Assembly (NCBI RefSeq): GCF_033153115.1
Contig: NW_026889771.1
Location: forward strand, 8,122,001 to 8,186,000
Direction: 5' to 3'
From: Saccostrea echinata
Taxonomy: Eukaryota
DNA length: 64,000 bases
Shown: one piece after another, positions 61,401 to 64,000 of the stretch
Layout: each line of letters begins with the position of its first letter
Numbering within the stretch: the stretch's first letter is position 1
Translations under genes and position numbers: made by a program
Notes under the pieces: model-generated
Databases searched by the model: none
Told to the model about the DNA's origin: nothing
The model's input: the letters and a program-made list of their open reading frames with translations, nothing else

Positions 61401-62818
61401 ATTGTTTGTCTTGCATCAGTTATGTAGTGGGCCTTTTCTACTGTCATATCAGGTACAGGCATAGTTAGAAATATGAGAAGCTTGATCACTTGAGTTCTCA
61501 TGTTATTTTTGTCTTTTTATTCTTGGCACCTTTTTCTTAAGGATAGCAACTGTCACCATTTGTGTAAAAGGAAATGAATTATGCTGTGTATTTTTTGTAT
61601 TATCAAGACTGCCATGTTTTGTAGATGGCCAAATCGTCAGAGCTTCAGGCTGCAAACAGAACGCAGTCCTCTCCAGTGATTAGTGGAACCCCCAGTCAGT
61701 CCTCACGATACGAGGTAAGGCAGAGACCATGTAGGTCACTAAGTGACCACAATGGAAGTTTGTTGCATGTTTTAATATGCAAATAAGCCCATGAATTTTA
61801 ATGCAAGACACTTGTATGTTATTACTTCTGGATTGTTTTAATTATATAATGCACAAGGGATTGTTTTGCAAAAAAAATCTCATTACTTGCTTAGGGTTTA
61901 TCTTCCATTTTGACAGCAGATGTTTATATAGGATTTAAAAGGTTGGTCATGTAAAAATGTTTCCACAAAGATTGGAATTAAGTTAACAAGGCTCTTGATA
62001 TGGTGTGGAAGACAAATTGTCCTCATGCCAAACCCAAGAGAGGGGTGTAAAAAGCTAGCACTCATTAAAAAGCTATCATCATGTCCAGGTATGGGGACTT
62101 TTAGCTCAATACTTTTAACAGGAATGCCACTGCTGCCTGGCTATAGGACATCCTGTTACAGATTACATTGCCATAAAAAGCTTACTTAGTATGTATGTGT
62201 TAAAAAAGAATCTTGTGTCTTACCTTCTTTTTTTTGCTCATGTTGAAAAATTGACCTTTTAGGATTTGATGTACATGAAAAAAGGCTGGCTTATCAAACA
62301 AGGGTCTTCTGAAAAGGTTAGTAAACTATATCAAGAAGGATATTTAGTTTTCTCTGGACTGTCAGATGTTGTCATAGATAACTGCCTACTTAAAAACAGA
62401 ATATAGATTTTTATTTACGTGTTGCTTCAATGACCTTGCAAAGTAAGTTGTGCTGTACGTCTTAATGAATGGTATAAAACATATGTCAAGATCTTTTGTG
62501 AAAAAATGAAAACTTCTTTTTGATCCATAAAGATAAAAGTTTAAAGAATCATTGTGTGAGTTATATGGTATATATTTGATAAATTTTTAATTTTGAGGAG
62601 GGGAAATGTCTTCTGTATCATAATAATAAAAGATGATGAATATTTTTCTTGGGTAGGACTGGAAAAAGCACTGGTTTGTGTTGACGGGTAACTCCTTGCG
62701 ATATTACAAGGATGCAAAGGCAGAAGAAACCAACACTCTAGATGGCAAAATAGACCTATCTGGATGTTATGATATCTCCGAGGTTAACGTCGGCAGAAAT
62801 TACGGATTCAGGATAAAG
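46478..62818 (+). CDS. MPRIP: MPRIP/TRIOBP/Drosophila outspread-family double-PH-domain protein, 5' partial (continues beyond the window)
   Basis: Exons: 46478-46588, 51938-52018, 52498-52563, 53177-53328, 55709-55805, 56059-56826, 61625-61714, 62263-62316, 62657-62818. All are GT-AG and in phase. The N-terminus [22 protein letters not shown] matches the MPRIP CRKFQANIFNKSKCQNCF motif. PH1 reads [32 protein letters not shown]2 reads [39 protein letters not shown]. The coiled-coil C-terminus is not in the window. Confidence 0.92.
53374..53537. mobile_element. pogo/mariner-like MITE, same family as 31200
   Basis: Ends are TA|CAGTCAAACCTTGTTATCTC ... GTTAGACTG|TA. It shares CTCAATGGG..GAGATATCCAGGGTAAAATACT with the 31200 copy. 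Confidence 0.75.
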
Positions 62819-64000
62819 GTGTGTTGTTATCAAACCTTCGTACATATTTGTTGGTCATGCTGAAATAATGAGTGCTTTCGGTTAGAGAAGCTTGATTTAT
62901 TTTAGAATATGTGAGAAACCAGAAAAGATCTTTTTTCTTTTTAATGGCCAAGGACACATACCATGATTGAGTGAAGATGTATTGACAATTAACGATATTT
63001 GAAGACAAAAAATATTTATCAGTTGAGAGCTTTTCCTTGTTGAAAAAGGAAATATTTCTTTAAGTAATATTTGGGGTTTTGATTCCCTTTTGTAGCCAAA
63101 AAAGAAAAGAAAAATATTTTCATTGGATGATACTAATGTTCTGTAATCTACATGTTTTCACAGATGTCTTAACTGTAGAGAAATATGTATCATATATCAA
63201 GTTGATTTTACAAAGAGTGTTTAACAATCCAAGGCATGGTCATTTATATAATCCATTTTTTTTTGACTGAAGTGGACTACCATGTATATCGGAGGTTTTA
63301 AAAGTTATTTACTGTGCACTGTAGTCAGATTTTTTCCCCCTCATATTTCTATCGTTTACCTGTTGTTTCATTAAATGCATGTGGTTTGTCCCTTTTCCCC
63401 AGTCTAATCAGCTAAGCCAAGAAATTGATCCAGAGTTAGAAAATTGTGACAATAAACTTACATGTGGTGCAGTGAAGCTATTGAATTTTCTGACAAAAAA
63501 CTCTAACACTGTGTGTAATAGTCCATTGTTTAATAAGCTTTGCCTTGGATTGTAGACCTTGTTTGTATATATATATATGCATAATGTTTGCAAAAGTGTG
63601 TGAAATAATGCTGAAAAATGGTAACTACTTTGTGTTCAGGGCATTGGTCCATCAGTAAGTAAAGATTTAACATGATCCAGAGCTTGCCAAATTGTTTTAA
63701 TGGACATAAAAATCTCTCATCACTATTTTTTTTTTCTCCATTTACCATGTTTTATACTAACCCATAGAGAAATGTTCACATATATCTGCTGAAAGTTGTT
63801 AATGCTTTACATATCTAGTAAACAGGGAATTATTATTTTTAAAGTTCAGTGTGAATTCTATGTATGTATTTGTCACAAAATGAATCACATTATATGTTTT
63901 GTTGCTGCTTGCAATATTTTCCATGTTTTTTTTTTTCGGTGATATATTCTAACAAGAAAATATACCAAAGATATTTTTAGATGTAAGCTCAAAATTTGCA

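Noticed and set aside
61932-62088. Possible extra MPRIP exon starting DLKGWSCK
   Set aside because: The acceptor is weak, it ends in phase 1 while flanking exons are phase 0, and there is no PH-like continuation.

Overview
AT-rich animal genomic DNA with GT-AG introns and three N-gaps. The repeat families (Helentron-like elements carrying ~166-bp satellite arrays and a tRNA-derived SINE) suggest a bivalve, probably an oyster; this is inference. I reconstructed four intron-containing genes by hand with consistent splice phases. (1) CCDC6: minus strand, 9 exons, 419 aa, complete. (2) An uncharacterised multi-pass membrane protein: plus strand, 8 exons, 437 aa, complete. It has a C-terminal KxKxx ER-retrieval signal and motifs resembling the prokaryotic CruF carotenoid-hydratase family. 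(3) HIF1AN/FIH-1: minus strand, 8 exons, ~330 aa. It carries an apparent Thr at the position of the 2-oxoglutarate-binding Asn294 of human FIH. (4) The 5' part of an MPRIP/outspread-type double-PH-domain gene: plus strand, 9 exons visible, running off the window. Introns and intergenic regions hold many non-autonomous DNA transposons. These include an intact hAT MITE, a 545-bp fold-back element built from 21 palindromic units with a 6-bp TSD, and ultra-short hairpin insertions near promoters. The most interesting leads are the CruF-like ER membrane protein, the FIH active-site substitution, the palindromic-array element and a candidate recursive splice site in the outspread-like gene. No database searches were run, so all family assignments are from recalled motifs.
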